From NCBI GenBank assembly GCA_965228735.1, contig OZ245838.1, positions 768,001-832,000 of the forward strand: a DNA stretch of 64,000 nt, in the 5' to 3' direction. A model generated the notes under the pieces. It worked only from the letters and a program-made list of their open reading frames with translations. It made no database searches and had not been told where the DNA came from. Positions 46,392 to 56,001 of this stretch are shown piece by piece; position 1 is the stretch's first letter; each line of letters opens with the position of its first letter. Made by a program: the position numbers and the translations under genes. Source of the stretch: Planctomycetota bacterium. GTDB taxonomy: Bacteria; Planctomycetota; UBA1135; UBA2386.

Positions 46392-49054
46392 CGCGTCCGC
46401 TGCCGCAACCGCCCAACCCGGACGACCTCCGGCGTTACCCGCCCGCGTCGGCGGAGTGCGCGCGCATGCGCGGACTCATGCGCGACTTCGTGGATGGCGA
46501 CCTCCCGCCCGCGACCTATGGCGCGGTCGAAGAGCACGTGCACGACTGCCGCGACTGCGGCCTGGCGCTGGCGCGCGCCGAGCACGAGTTGCTGCAGGTG
46601 AAGCGGGTGTTCGCGGCGGGCGATGCCGAGGCCGAAGCGGCCCCGACCGGCTTCGTCGGCGCGGTCCTCGGGCGCCTCGTCGAATCGGGTGAAGCGCGGC
46701 TCGATGATTTCGAGGAGCTGGATGCCGAGGATCTGGATGCCGAGGATCTGGATGCCGGGGATCTGGATGCCGGGGAGCTGGCTGGCGATACGGCCGACGA
46801 GGAGTTCGTCGGTGCCGCGGACGCGCGCGACCCGGTGAGCCGCGACTCAGGAAGCGACTCAGGGCGCATCGCGGCATTGCTCGGCCGGTTCGTCGTGTCG
46901 ATGCCCGGCATCCTGACTGCCGCGGTCCTCGTGCTCGCAACGCTCGTCGTCGTGCAGAACTACCGGGCGGCGACGGCGATCGTGACGCCCGAACGGCTGC
47001 CGCGGCTCGTGATCACGAGCGCGGCGGACACCCACACCTTGTTCGGCGAGACCGACGTCCGGCTGCGTTCGGGTGACGGTGTCGGGAACGAGCACCTCGT
47101 CTGGGTCGGCGCGGACGGTCAGGCCAGGGCCGATTGGCACGACGCGACGGAGCAGAAGCAGCCCGCGGCCACGCTGCAGTTCGGCGGCAACTCGGCGGTG
47201 CGGCTCGTCGACGGCAAGCCCGTGCTCGTCAACGGCAAGCTGCAGGTCGCGGCGCGGCGCGCGTTCGGCTTCGCGGTGGCCAACGGCAGTCACCTCTCGC
47301 TCAGCGAGGGGACGTATCTACTCTCGGCGACGAGTGCGGCCGGTGAGCGCTGGGATCCGAAGCGCGGCGCGCCGATCGATCTCGAGGTTCGACTCGAGGT
47401 CCTCGATGGCGGCAGCGCGCTGATCGAGCGGGACGGCGCGACGATCGGCTTCGTCGGCGCGAGTTCGGTCGGCGTCTACAGTGACGGCTACGCCACGGTC
47501 GAGCGGTTGCCGTCGGCGTCCGCACCGGGGCCGGTGCGCGGCGAGGCGGGCGGCGCGATCGCGACGAACCAGGCCGGGCCGGGGTCGTTCACCGGTGCGG
47601 TCTACGAACGCAACGGTCACGTGGCCGGTGGCTCGAACGTGCTCGCGTCCTACCGCAGCGATCTGCAGGCGCACGCGCACGCGGCAACGGTTGGGCCGTC
47701 GGGGCTCTTCACGTTCGTCACCGGGATGGCGGGCCAGCCGGCGCTGTGCGACTCGGACTTCGCCGTGCTGCAGGTGCAGCCGCCGGCGGGACGTTCGGAC
47801 CTCGGTTTGCTGCCGCCCGATGCCTACCGGCTCGACCACAGCGGTGCGCACGCGCGCGTGCGCGGTTCGATCATCCTCGACGCCGCGCCGCCGTTCCTCG
47901 GTCGCGTAGTCATGAACGGCATCGGGGTGCGCGGGGCGCGCCTCGTGCCCGTCGTCGTCGACGAACTGTTCGGCGGCGTGCTGCCGTGGGCCGGTGGGGC
48001 CGTGGCGACGGACGACACCGGGCACTTCTCGGTGCGCGGGTTGCCGGCCGAGATGCCGGTGCACCAGCACATCGCGGTGGTCGTGGTGCATCCCGATCTC
48101 GAGCCGGCCGTGGTGCCCGTTCCGGATCGCGGGTCGGCGGCCGCGGGCCTGTTCGATGGCGTGATCGAGGTTCGGCCGCTGCGCTACGTGCGGCTCGAGT
48201 CGGTGTCGGCGGCGAACCAGCGGATCGAGATCTGGCAGGAGCTGCCGGGGTTGCCGGGAAGCTCCGCGGCGCGGTTGTTCACCGCGCAGGTGAACGCGTT
48301 CGGTTCCTTGCCGGCGGTACGCGTCGCACACCACGGCCGGTTGTACTTCCGCCGCGTGGATTCGAGCCAGGGTGACCTGCGACCACTCGTGCTCAGCAGT
48401 CCGATCGGGATTCCGACCTACCGGCCGGCGAACGGTGCACCCGTGCCGTTCCACTCGGTCTTCGCGATGTCGCAGGTGCTGCCCGGGACCCAATTGGCGT
48501 TCTCGCACGGCTACCGCCATCAGCACATCGCGGCGACGGCGTCCATCCAGGCTCGGCGCGAGATCTACGTGACCGAGGCGCTGTCCGGCAGCGTGGTCGG
48601 CGGGGCGCAGGTCTTCGCGCTCCAGCCGGGTGGGCCGCAGGATCGTTCGCGCGCCCGCTTCCTCGGGTTCACGTCGATGACCGGGGCGCTGAAGTACGAC
48701 ATTCAGGCCCACGACCTCGGCATCCACGTCGTGACCGCGGACGGTGCCGGGGTCACGGTCGGGCTCGGCGAGCTGCTCGCGGCGGACGGTTGGATTCGCA
48801 TGCCGGTCGCCGGTCGCGTGCTCGTCAACAGCAGCCTGCGGCCGCCGGTCGGTGAGCAGCAGTTCGTCAGCGCCCGCTTCGAGCGGATCGATCCGGAGCT
48901 CGGGGTCCGGCCCGCGTTCCACCGGTTCACGGGTGCGGGTCTGCCGGACGCGTGGGCGATGGGCGAGCTGCCGCCGGCGCTCTACCGCGTGACGCTGCGG
49001 GGCCAGCAGTTCGAGGTCACGGTGCGTCCGGGTCAGCTGACCGTGCTGCAGTAG
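46388..49054 (+). CDS. Transmembrane zf-HC2 anti-sigma factor with large beta-rich extracytoplasmic region
   Basis: C...DGDL...HVHDCRDC; one TM segment; ATGA overlap with the ECF gene. Confidence 0.85.
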   Translation: MTRPLPQPPNPDDLRRYPPASAECARMRGLMRDFVDGDLPPATYGAVEEHVHDCRDCGLALARAEHELLQVKRVFAAGDAEAEAAPTGFVGAVLGRLVESGEARLDDFEELDAEDLDAEDLDAGDLDAGELAGDTADEEFVGAADARDPVSRDSGSDSGRIAALLGRFVVSMPGILTAAVLVLATLVVVQNYRAATAIVTPERLPRLVITSAADTHTLFGETDVRLRSGDGVGNEHLVWVGADGQARADWHDATEQKQPAATLQFGGNSAVRLVDGKPVLVNGKLQVAARRAFGFAVANGSHLSLSEGTYLLSATSAAGERWDPKRGAPIDLEVRLEVLDGGSALIERDGATIGFVGASSVGVYSDGYATVERLPSASAPGPVRGEAGGAIATNQAGPGSFTGAVYERNGHVAGGSNVLASYRSDLQAHAHAATVGPSGLFTFVTGMAGQPALCDSDFAVLQVQPPAGRSDLGLLPPDAYRLDHSGAHARVRGSIILDAAPPFLGRVVMNGIGVRGARLVPVVVDELFGGVLPWAGGAVATDDTGHFSVRGLPAEMPVHQHIAVVVVHPDLEPAVVPVPDRGSAAAGLFDGVIEVRPLRYVRLESVSAANQRIEIWQELPGLPGSSAARLFTAQVNAFGSLPAVRVAHHGRLYFRRVDSSQGDLRPLVLSSPIGIPTYRPANGAPVPFHSVFAMSQVLPGTQLAFSHGYRHQHIAATASIQARREIYVTEALSGSVVGGAQVFALQPGGPQDRSRARFLGFTSMTGALKYDIQAHDLGIHVVTADGAGVTVGLGELLAADGWIRMPVAGRVLVNSSLRPPVGEQQFVSARFERIDPELGVRPAFHRFTGAGLPDAWAMGELPPALYRVTLRGQQFEVTVRPGQLTVLQ
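46712..46786 (+). repeat. In-frame 15-bp tandem repeat ([E/G][D/E]LDA, 5 copies)
   Basis: G(A/G)GGA(T/G)CTGGATGCC units; the fifth is degenerate. Confidence 0.85.
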
Positions 49055-49061
49055 TCCTCGG

Positions 49062-49098
49062 GGCGATCGCAGGGGTCAGAGGCGATCGCAGGGTCAGA
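49062..49098. repeat. 18-19-bp tandem duplication GGCGATCGCAGGG(G)TCAGA
   Basis: Two adjacent copies just after the anti-sigma stop. Confidence 0.7.
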
Positions 49099-49202
49099 AG
49101 AGGCGGCCGGCGCGGAAGATAGCGCGACGCGATTACCGAACTGGCACGTTCCCTGTCCGGCGACCGGTGGCGGTTCGGCCAGCGATGCGGTTGACTGATC
49201 CC

Positions 49203-50684
49203 ATGAGCGTCTCGCGTCGGCAATTCTGCACCACCGCGGCCGCGGGCCTCGCCGGGGCTTCCGCAGCCCGGGCGGGTGCCCTGGCCAGCTCCGCCGTTCC
49301 GTTCACTGCCGCGTCCCGCGCCCGCATCGTCGGCGCGAACGAGGCGCTGCGCGTCGGCGTCATCGGGTTCCGCAGCCGTGGCAAGAACCACATCGGGGGG
49401 CTCACCCGCCTCGCCGACGTGCGGCTCACCGCGCTCTGCGACGTCGACCGCAAGGTGCTCGGCACCGGCGTCGAGAAGCGCAAGGCGGCCGGCGACGACG
49501 TCGAGGGCTTCGTCGACGCGCGCAAGCTGCTCGACAGCGGCCGCTGTGACGCGATCGCCGTCGCGACGCCGAACCACACGCACGCGCTGCTCGGGGTCTG
49601 GGCCGCGCAGCGCGGCATCCACAGCTACCTCGAGAAGCCGATTGCGCACGACGTGTGGTCCGGCCGGCAGCTCGTCGCGGCGAGCAAGCAACACGAGGTC
49701 GTGATCCAGACCGGGTCGCAGTGCCGCAGCATGAAGTCGAACCACGACGTCATGGAGTTCCTGCGGCCCGGTGCGTCGAGTTCGGGCGGCACCGGGGTCG
49801 GCGAGCTCGGCCGCATCCTGCTCGCGCGCGGCCTGTGCTACAAGCCGCGCGGCAGCATCGGCAAGGTCGACGCGCCGCTCGATGCGCCGGAGCACGTCGA
49901 CTACGACCTGTGGCTCGGCCCGGCACCCGAGCAGAAGGTGCGCCGTCGGCAGTTCCACTACGACTGGCACTGGCAGTGGCACTACGGCAACGGGGACCTC
50001 GGCAACCAGGGCGTGCACCAGATGGACCTCGCGCTCTGGGCGATCGGCGAGGAGCGCATGCCGAAGCAGGTGCTCGGCGTCGGCGGGCGCTTCGGTTACG
50101 TCGACGACGGTGAAACGCCGAACACGCAGGTCGTCTGGTGCGACTACGACACCGCGCCGGTCGTGTTCGAGGTGCGTGGGCTGCCGAAGGGCAAGGGCAA
50201 GAAGGGTATGGACCGCTTCCTCGGTGCCGGGATCGGCGTCGTGATCCACTGCGAGCACGGCTACGTCGTGCTGACGTCCTACAACCGCGGGCACGCCTGC
50301 GACCTGCAGGGCAACGTCATCAAGAAGTTCGAGGGCGGCGGCAACCACTTCGAGAACTGGGTCGAGGCGATCCGGAAGAACGACCCGTCGCATCTCAACG
50401 CCGGCGTCGAGGTCGGGCACCGCAGCGCGGCGCTGTGTGACCTCGGCAACGCGAGCTACCGTGAGGGCGGTCAGCACCCGCGCGAGTCGGCGGCGAGCCG
50501 ACTCGCCGCGCTGCCGGAACTCAACGAGGCGTTCCTGCGCATGGAGCGGCACCTCGCGAGCAACGCCGTCGCGATGGACGGCGAGTGGCTGCGCGTCGGT
50601 GCGCTGCTGCGGCCGAAACCCGACGGCTCGGATCGGCCGCGGCCGAAGCAGCGTCCCGAGTTCGCGATCCCGGAGCTGTGCTGA
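49203..50684 (+). CDS. Tat-exported Gfo/Idh/MocA oxidoreductase
   Basis: SRRQF Tat motif, ATPNHTH, EKP, DYDLWLGPAP, NQGVHQMD. Confidence 0.93.
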   Translation: MSVSRRQFCTTAAAGLAGASAARAGALASSAVPFTAASRARIVGANEALRVGVIGFRSRGKNHIGGLTRLADVRLTALCDVDRKVLGTGVEKRKAAGDDVEGFVDARKLLDSGRCDAIAVATPNHTHALLGVWAAQRGIHSYLEKPIAHDVWSGRQLVAASKQHEVVIQTGSQCRSMKSNHDVMEFLRPGASSSGGTGVGELGRILLARGLCYKPRGSIGKVDAPLDAPEHVDYDLWLGPAPEQKVRRRQFHYDWHWQWHYGNGDLGNQGVHQMDLALWAIGEERMPKQVLGVGGRFGYVDDGETPNTQVVWCDYDTAPVVFEVRGLPKGKGKKGMDRFLGAGIGVVIHCEHGYVVLTSYNRGHACDLQGNVIKKFEGGGNHFENWVEAIRKNDPSHLNAGVEVGHRSAALCDLGNASYREGGQHPRESAASRLAALPELNEAFLRMERHLASNAVAMDGEWLRVGALLRPKPDGSDRPRPKQRPEFAIPELC

Positions 50685-50686
50685 TC

Positions 50687-53266
50687 GTGCGCATCCCGCC
50701 GCCTTTCGGTGCCGTCCTCGTTGTCACGTTCCTCTGCGGTGCTCTGGTCGCGCAACGCGGCGACCGCAAGAACGATCCCCAGACGATGTTGCCGGACACC
50801 GTGCAGGTGCCGCCGGCGCCGGCACTCTCGCCGCAGGACGAGCTCGCGACGTTCGAGATCGCGGACGGCTACCGCGTCGAGCTCGTCGCGAGCGAGCCGC
50901 TGATCCAGGATCCCGTCGTCGCGACGTTCGACGCCGCCGGCAACCTCTGGGTCTGCGAGTGGCGCAGCTACATGCGCGACATCGTGGCGACGAACGAGAA
51001 CTCGCCCGAGAGCCGCGTCGTCGTGCTGCACGACCGGGACGGCGACGGGGTCATGGACGACTCCACGGACTTCCTCACGGGGCAGGTGCTGCCGCGCGCG
51101 GTCCTGCCGATGCGCGGCGGCGCGCTCGTGATCGAGCCGCCGAGCCTGTACTGGTGCCCGGATAGCGACGGCGACCTCGTCGCGGACGGCAAGGAGAAGA
51201 TCTGCGACGGCTTCCAGGCCGGCATCGACAACCCCGAGCACTCGGGCAACGGTCTGCTGTGGGGGCTCGACCACCGCATCCACCTCGCGAACGACAAGCG
51301 CCTGCTGCGCTGGACCGGCGAGGTCGGCAAGTTCGCGATCGAGAACGGCAGCGGCGGCGGGCAGTGGGGCATCGCGCACGACGACCGCGGCCGCGTCTAC
51401 TTCAACTTCAACTCGGACTGGCTGCGCGCGAACCTGATTCCGTCGCGGTTCGCGGGCGTGATGGGGGCGACGTTGCCGGGGCACAACCACCGGGTCGTGC
51501 AGGACCAGTCGACGTTCCCGATCCGGATGACGCCCGGGATCAATCGCGGCTACCAGAAGCACATGCTGCGCGAGGACTACACCTTGAAGCGCAACACGGC
51601 CGTGTGCTCGCCGCTGGTCTATCGCGGCGATGTGCTGTCGTGCGACGGCGACGTGTTCGTCTGCGAGCCGGCCGGCAACCTCGTGCGGCAGTTCGACGTG
51701 ACCGACGATCACGGGATGCTCGCCGGGGCGAACGCTTGCGGCGAACGCGAGTTCCTCGCCTCGACGGACGAACGCTTCCGCCCGGTGCACCTGTTCGGCG
51801 GTCAGGACGGCGGCCTCTACCTCGTGGACATGTATCGCGGGGTGATCCAGCATCGCAACTACGTGACGTCGTTCCTGCGCGATCAGGTCGAGAAGCGTGG
51901 CCTCGAGCAGCCGATCGGTCGCGGGCGCATCTGGCGCGTCCTGCCGACGGATCACGAGCGCACCGTGCAGCCCCCGGTGCGCGCTGCCGATGCCGCGGGT
52001 CTCGTGGCGGCGCTCGCCAGCGACTGCGGCATCACGCGCGATCTCGCGCGCCAGGAGGCGGTCCAGCGCCAGGATCAGGCGCTCGCCGCGCCGCTGCGCG
52101 CGGGCTTGCAGAACCACGATCGGCCGGCGACGCGCATCGCGTTGCTGTCCGTTCTGCAGGGACTCGGGCAGCTGACCAAGGACGACGTGCTGCGCGGGCT
52201 GCGCGATCCCGACGCCGGCGTCGTGTGCACGGCGTTGCAGTTCGCGCCAGAGCACCTGATCGCGGGCGCCGGTTTCGTGTGGCTGCTCGTGGAAGCGAAC
52301 TGCATGGCGGCCGAAGGTGACGTCGCGTGGCACACCGCGATCGCGCTCGGCGAGGTGCTGCAGCGGCGGTCGGCCAGAAAACTGCACGACCGCGCCCTCG
52401 CCGGCCTCGCGCAGCTCATCGGCACCGAGGACGCGATGCTGCGGCGGCTCGTGGCTGCGTGCGCCCGTCGGCACGAGATCGCGCTCGCGACCCTCGTTGC
52501 GGCCCGCGGACCGTTCGACCCGGGCGTGATGCGCGGTCGGCTGATGACGAAGCCCATGACCGCCGCGGCGCTGACCGAGCTCGCGCGCCAGGCGGTCAAG
52601 ACTCGCGACCGCGCGGTGCAGACCGCGTTGTTCGAGCTGATCAGCAAGCACGACGATCCGGCCGAGCAGGTGGCTCTGCTGCGCGGTGCGGTGGGTGCCT
52701 TGCCGAAGAAGGCGCGGCAGCGGGCCGGCTGGCTCAAGTTCGCGGCGACGCCGCCGGCGCTGCTCGCGGTCGTTCGGGCCGGCAACGCCAGGACCCAGAA
52801 GCTGGCCAACGAGCTGCTCGGCGCCGTCGCGCTCGAGACGCCCGGTGGTGCGGGTGCGGCCGGCGCGACGCTCTCCGCCGCGGATCGCAAGTTCGTCACC
52901 GCGGGGCAGCAGGTGTTCTCGGCGGTTTGCGCGGCGTGCCACCAGCTCGACGGCAACGGCATGCAGGGGCTCGCGCCGCCGCTCAAGGACTCGGAATGGG
53001 CGACGGGCGATGCGCGGACGCTGATCCGGATCGCGCTGCACGGCGTGCGCGGACCGATCGAGGTCGGCGACCAGGAGTGGAATCTGGAGATGGCCGGGCA
53101 GGCGCACCTGTCGGATCAGGACCTCGGTGCGGCACTGAGCTACATCCGCCGCGCGTTCGGCCACGAGTACTCGCTGATCCGGCCGGCCGACGTCAAGCGA
53201 GAACGCGAGGCGCAGAAGGCGCGCAACGTGCCGTGGACCGCCGCCGAATTGCTCGACGGGCAGTAG
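50687..53266 (+). CDS. PVC-type membrane-bound dehydrogenase-like protein (propeller + HEAT + c-type cytochrome)
   Basis: ELVASEPLIQDPV, FLASTDERFRPV, DMYRGVIQH, CAACH heme motif, SYIRRAFG; start approximate. Confidence 0.9.
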   Translation: MRIPPPFGAVLVVTFLCGALVAQRGDRKNDPQTMLPDTVQVPPAPALSPQDELATFEIADGYRVELVASEPLIQDPVVATFDAAGNLWVCEWRSYMRDIVATNENSPESRVVVLHDRDGDGVMDDSTDFLTGQVLPRAVLPMRGGALVIEPPSLYWCPDSDGDLVADGKEKICDGFQAGIDNPEHSGNGLLWGLDHRIHLANDKRLLRWTGEVGKFAIENGSGGGQWGIAHDDRGRVYFNFNSDWLRANLIPSRFAGVMGATLPGHNHRVVQDQSTFPIRMTPGINRGYQKHMLREDYTLKRNTAVCSPLVYRGDVLSCDGDVFVCEPAGNLVRQFDVTDDHGMLAGANACGEREFLASTDERFRPVHLFGGQDGGLYLVDMYRGVIQHRNYVTSFLRDQVEKRGLEQPIGRGRIWRVLPTDHERTVQPPVRAADAAGLVAALASDCGITRDLARQEAVQRQDQALAAPLRAGLQNHDRPATRIALLSVLQGLGQLTKDDVLRGLRDPDAGVVCTALQFAPEHLIAGAGFVWLLVEANCMAAEGDVAWHTAIALGEVLQRRSARKLHDRALAGLAQLIGTEDAMLRRLVAACARRHEIALATLVAARGPFDPGVMRGRLMTKPMTAAALTELARQAVKTRDRAVQTALFELISKHDDPAEQVALLRGAVGALPKKARQRAGWLKFAATPPALLAVVRAGNARTQKLANELLGAVALETPGGAGAAGATLSAADRKFVTAGQQVFSAVCAACHQLDGNGMQGLAPPLKDSEWATGDARTLIRIALHGVRGPIEVGDQEWNLEMAGQAHLSDQDLGAALSYIRRAFGHEYSLIRPADVKREREAQKARNVPWTAAELLDGQ

Positions 53267-53286
53267 CGGGGGCGTAGGCTCTCGGC

Positions 53287-54465
53287 ATGAGCGCCTTCGA
53301 TCCCGTCCCCGAGGACAAGTTCACGTTCGGACTCTGGACGGTCGGCAACCCCGGTCGCGACCCGTTCGGGCCGTCGGTCCGGCCCACCATGAAGCCGACC
53401 TACATCGTCCAGAAGCTCGCCGAGATCGGTGCGTTCGGCGTCAACCTGCACGACAACGACCTCGTGCCGTTCGAGGCGACCGCGAGCGAGCGCGACGCGA
53501 TCGTGCGGGAGTTCAAGCAGGCGCTCGAGGATCACGGGCTCGTCGTGCCCATGGCGACGACCAATCTGTTCTCGCATCCGATCTTCAAGGATGGCGCGTT
53601 CACGGCGAATGATCCGCAGGTCCGGGCGTTCGCGCTGCAGAAGACGATGCGGGCGATCGATCTCGGCGCCGAGCTCGGTGCCAAGATCTACGTGTTCTGG
53701 GGCGGTCGCGAGGGCGTCGAGGCCGACGCGTGCCGCGACCCGCGCGTCGCGTGGGAGCGCTTCCGCGAGGCGATCGACTTCCTCTGCGGCTACGTGAAGG
53801 CGAACGACTACGGCATGAAGTTCGCCCTCGAGGCCAAGCCCAACGAGCCGCGCGGTGACATCTATCTGCCGACGACCGGGCACATGCTGCACTTCATCAG
53901 CACGCTCGAGAACGAGGAGATGGTCGGGGTCAATCCCGAGGTCGCGCACGAGACGATGGCCGGGCTGTCGTTCGCGCACAACGTCGGGCAGGCGCTCGCG
54001 TGCGACAAGCTGTTCCACATCGACCTCAACGGCCAGAAGATCGGGCGCTACGACCAGGACCTGCGCTTCGGCAGCGAGGACCAGAAGGGCGCGTTCCTGC
54101 TCGTTCGGCTGCTCGAGGGCACGCTCGGCGGCACGCGCTACGATGGGCCGCGGCACTTCGACGCCCACGCCTACCGCACCGAGGACGAGGCCGGCGTCTG
54201 GGAGTTCGCCAAGGGCTGCATGCGCACCTACAAGATCCTGCAGGCGCGGGCCGAGGCGTTCGACGACGACCCCGAGGTCAAGGCGCTGATCGCCGAGCAG
54301 GAGGACCGCGCGCTCGATCCGCTGCTGAGCGGCGGCTTCACCGTGCAGAAGGCCGGCAAGCTGAAGGAACTCGACATCGACGTCGACGCGGTGGCGAGCC
54401 GCGGTCTCGGCTACGAGAGGCTCGATCAGCTGCTCGTCGAGCACCTGCTCGGCGTGCGCGGGTAG
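53287..54465 (+). CDS. xylA: Xylose isomerase (short class I type)
   Basis: [42 protein letters not shown]. Confidence 0.96.
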   Translation: MSAFDPVPEDKFTFGLWTVGNPGRDPFGPSVRPTMKPTYIVQKLAEIGAFGVNLHDNDLVPFEATASERDAIVREFKQALEDHGLVVPMATTNLFSHPIFKDGAFTANDPQVRAFALQKTMRAIDLGAELGAKIYVFWGGREGVEADACRDPRVAWERFREAIDFLCGYVKANDYGMKFALEAKPNEPRGDIYLPTTGHMLHFISTLENEEMVGVNPEVAHETMAGLSFAHNVGQALACDKLFHIDLNGQKIGRYDQDLRFGSEDQKGAFLLVRLLEGTLGGTRYDGPRHFDAHAYRTEDEAGVWEFAKGCMRTYKILQARAEAFDDDPEVKALIAEQEDRALDPLLSGGFTVQKAGKLKELDIDVDAVASRGLGYERLDQLLVEHLLGVRG

Positions 54466-54470
54466 CGTTC

Positions 54471-55922
54471 ATGGGAGAGCTCTTCCTCGGGTTCGACGTC
54501 GGCACGCAGAGCGTCAAGGCGCTCGTGATCGACGCCGCGCAGGAGTCGATCGTCGCGCGCGCGCAGGTGGCGATCGATCTGCTGCCCGGTCTGCCGCCGG
54601 GGCACATGGAGCAGCACCCCGATACCTGGATCGATGCGGTGCGCGCGACCGGGCGCGAGGTCATCGAAGAGGTCGGAGCGGAGTCGATCGCCGGCATCGG
54701 GGTATCGGGGCAGCAGCACGGCTGTGTCGTGCTCGACGGCGACGACCGCGTCGTGCGGCCGGCCAAGCTGTGGTGCGACACCGCGACCGCGGCGGAGGCG
54801 GCGCGGCTCGGCGTGCCGACGGGGTTCACCGCGAGCAAGCTGCTCTGGCTGAAGGAGCAGGAGCCGCAGAACTGGGCGCGCGGGCGGCGCGTGCTGTTGC
54901 CGCACGACTACGTCAATTTCGTGCTCACCGGGACGGCGACCATGGAGGCCGGCGACGCGTCGGGGTCGGGGTTCTTCGATCCGCGGCAGCGCGCGTTCGA
55001 CTCGGACGCGATGGCGGCGATCGACGCCGGGTTGCCGGCCCTGCTGCCGCCGCTCGTCGAGGCCGGCGCGCTGGCGGGAACGCTCTCGGAGTCCGGCGCC
55101 GAGTTGCTCGGTCTGCGGGCCGGCATCCCGGTGGCGGCTGGCGGCGGTGACAACATGATGTCGGCGATCGGCGCGGGCGCGACCCGGGCCGGCGTCGTCG
55201 TGGTGAGTCTCGGCACTTCGGGAACCGTGTTCACGCGGACCGATGCGCCGATCGTCGATCCGGAGGGCCTGATCGCGCCGTTCTGCAGCAGCGACGGCGC
55301 GTGGCTGCCGCTCCTCTGCGTGATGAACCTCACGGGCGTGACCGAGGAGGTGACCGCGCTCACCGGCCAGGATCACGCGGCGCTGACCGCGGCGGCGCGT
55401 GCCGTGCCGGCGGGCTGCGACGGTCTCACGTGGCTGCCGTTCCTCATGGGCGAACGCGTGCCGGACCTGCCGAGCGCGACCGGCACGCTACTCGGGATGC
55501 GATCGGGCAACCTGTCGGCGGGGCACCTCTATCGCGCGGCCCTCGAGGGCACGTCGCTCAACCTCGCGGCTGGTCTCGATCGCATGCGAGGGCTCGGGAT
55601 CGCGGTCGAAGAGGTCCGGCTGGTCGGCGGCGCTGCCGCGAACCCGCTGTGGCGCGAAGTGCTGGCCGCGGCGTTCGGCGTGCCCGTCGAGCCGCTCGTC
55701 GAGACCGAGTCGGCCGCGCTCGGTGCGGCGCTGCAGGCGCAGTGGGCCGTGCGCCGGAAGGATTCGCCGGGGCTGGGCATCGACGAGGTGGCCGCGCCGT
55801 TCGTCCGGTTGACCGGCGACCGGGTGGTGCCGAACGCGGCGAGCGTCGCGACCTACCGGGAACTCGGCGCTCGTTTCGGCAAGGCCGTGGCGCGGCAATA
55901 CGGCGCGGATCGCGGCAGCTGA
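54471..55922 (+). CDS. xylB: Xylulokinase
   Basis: DVGTQSVK, SGQQHG, LWCD, GGDN, SLGTSGT, GERVP; follows xylA. Confidence 0.93.
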   Translation: MGELFLGFDVGTQSVKALVIDAAQESIVARAQVAIDLLPGLPPGHMEQHPDTWIDAVRATGREVIEEVGAESIAGIGVSGQQHGCVVLDGDDRVVRPAKLWCDTATAAEAARLGVPTGFTASKLLWLKEQEPQNWARGRRVLLPHDYVNFVLTGTATMEAGDASGSGFFDPRQRAFDSDAMAAIDAGLPALLPPLVEAGALAGTLSESGAELLGLRAGIPVAAGGGDNMMSAIGAGATRAGVVVVSLGTSGTVFTRTDAPIVDPEGLIAPFCSSDGAWLPLLCVMNLTGVTEEVTALTGQDHAALTAAARAVPAGCDGLTWLPFLMGERVPDLPSATGTLLGMRSGNLSAGHLYRAALEGTSLNLAAGLDRMRGLGIAVEEVRLVGGAAANPLWREVLAAAFGVPVEPLVETESAALGAALQAQWAVRRKDSPGLGIDEVAAPFVRLTGDRVVPNAASVATYRELGARFGKAVARQYGADRGS

Positions 55923-56001
55923 GCGCATCGTTCCGCGGGGGCGGCGGCTGTCGGGCACCGTCCCCATGGCATGGGCCCTGCGGGGGCCGTAACTTGCCCA
56001 C

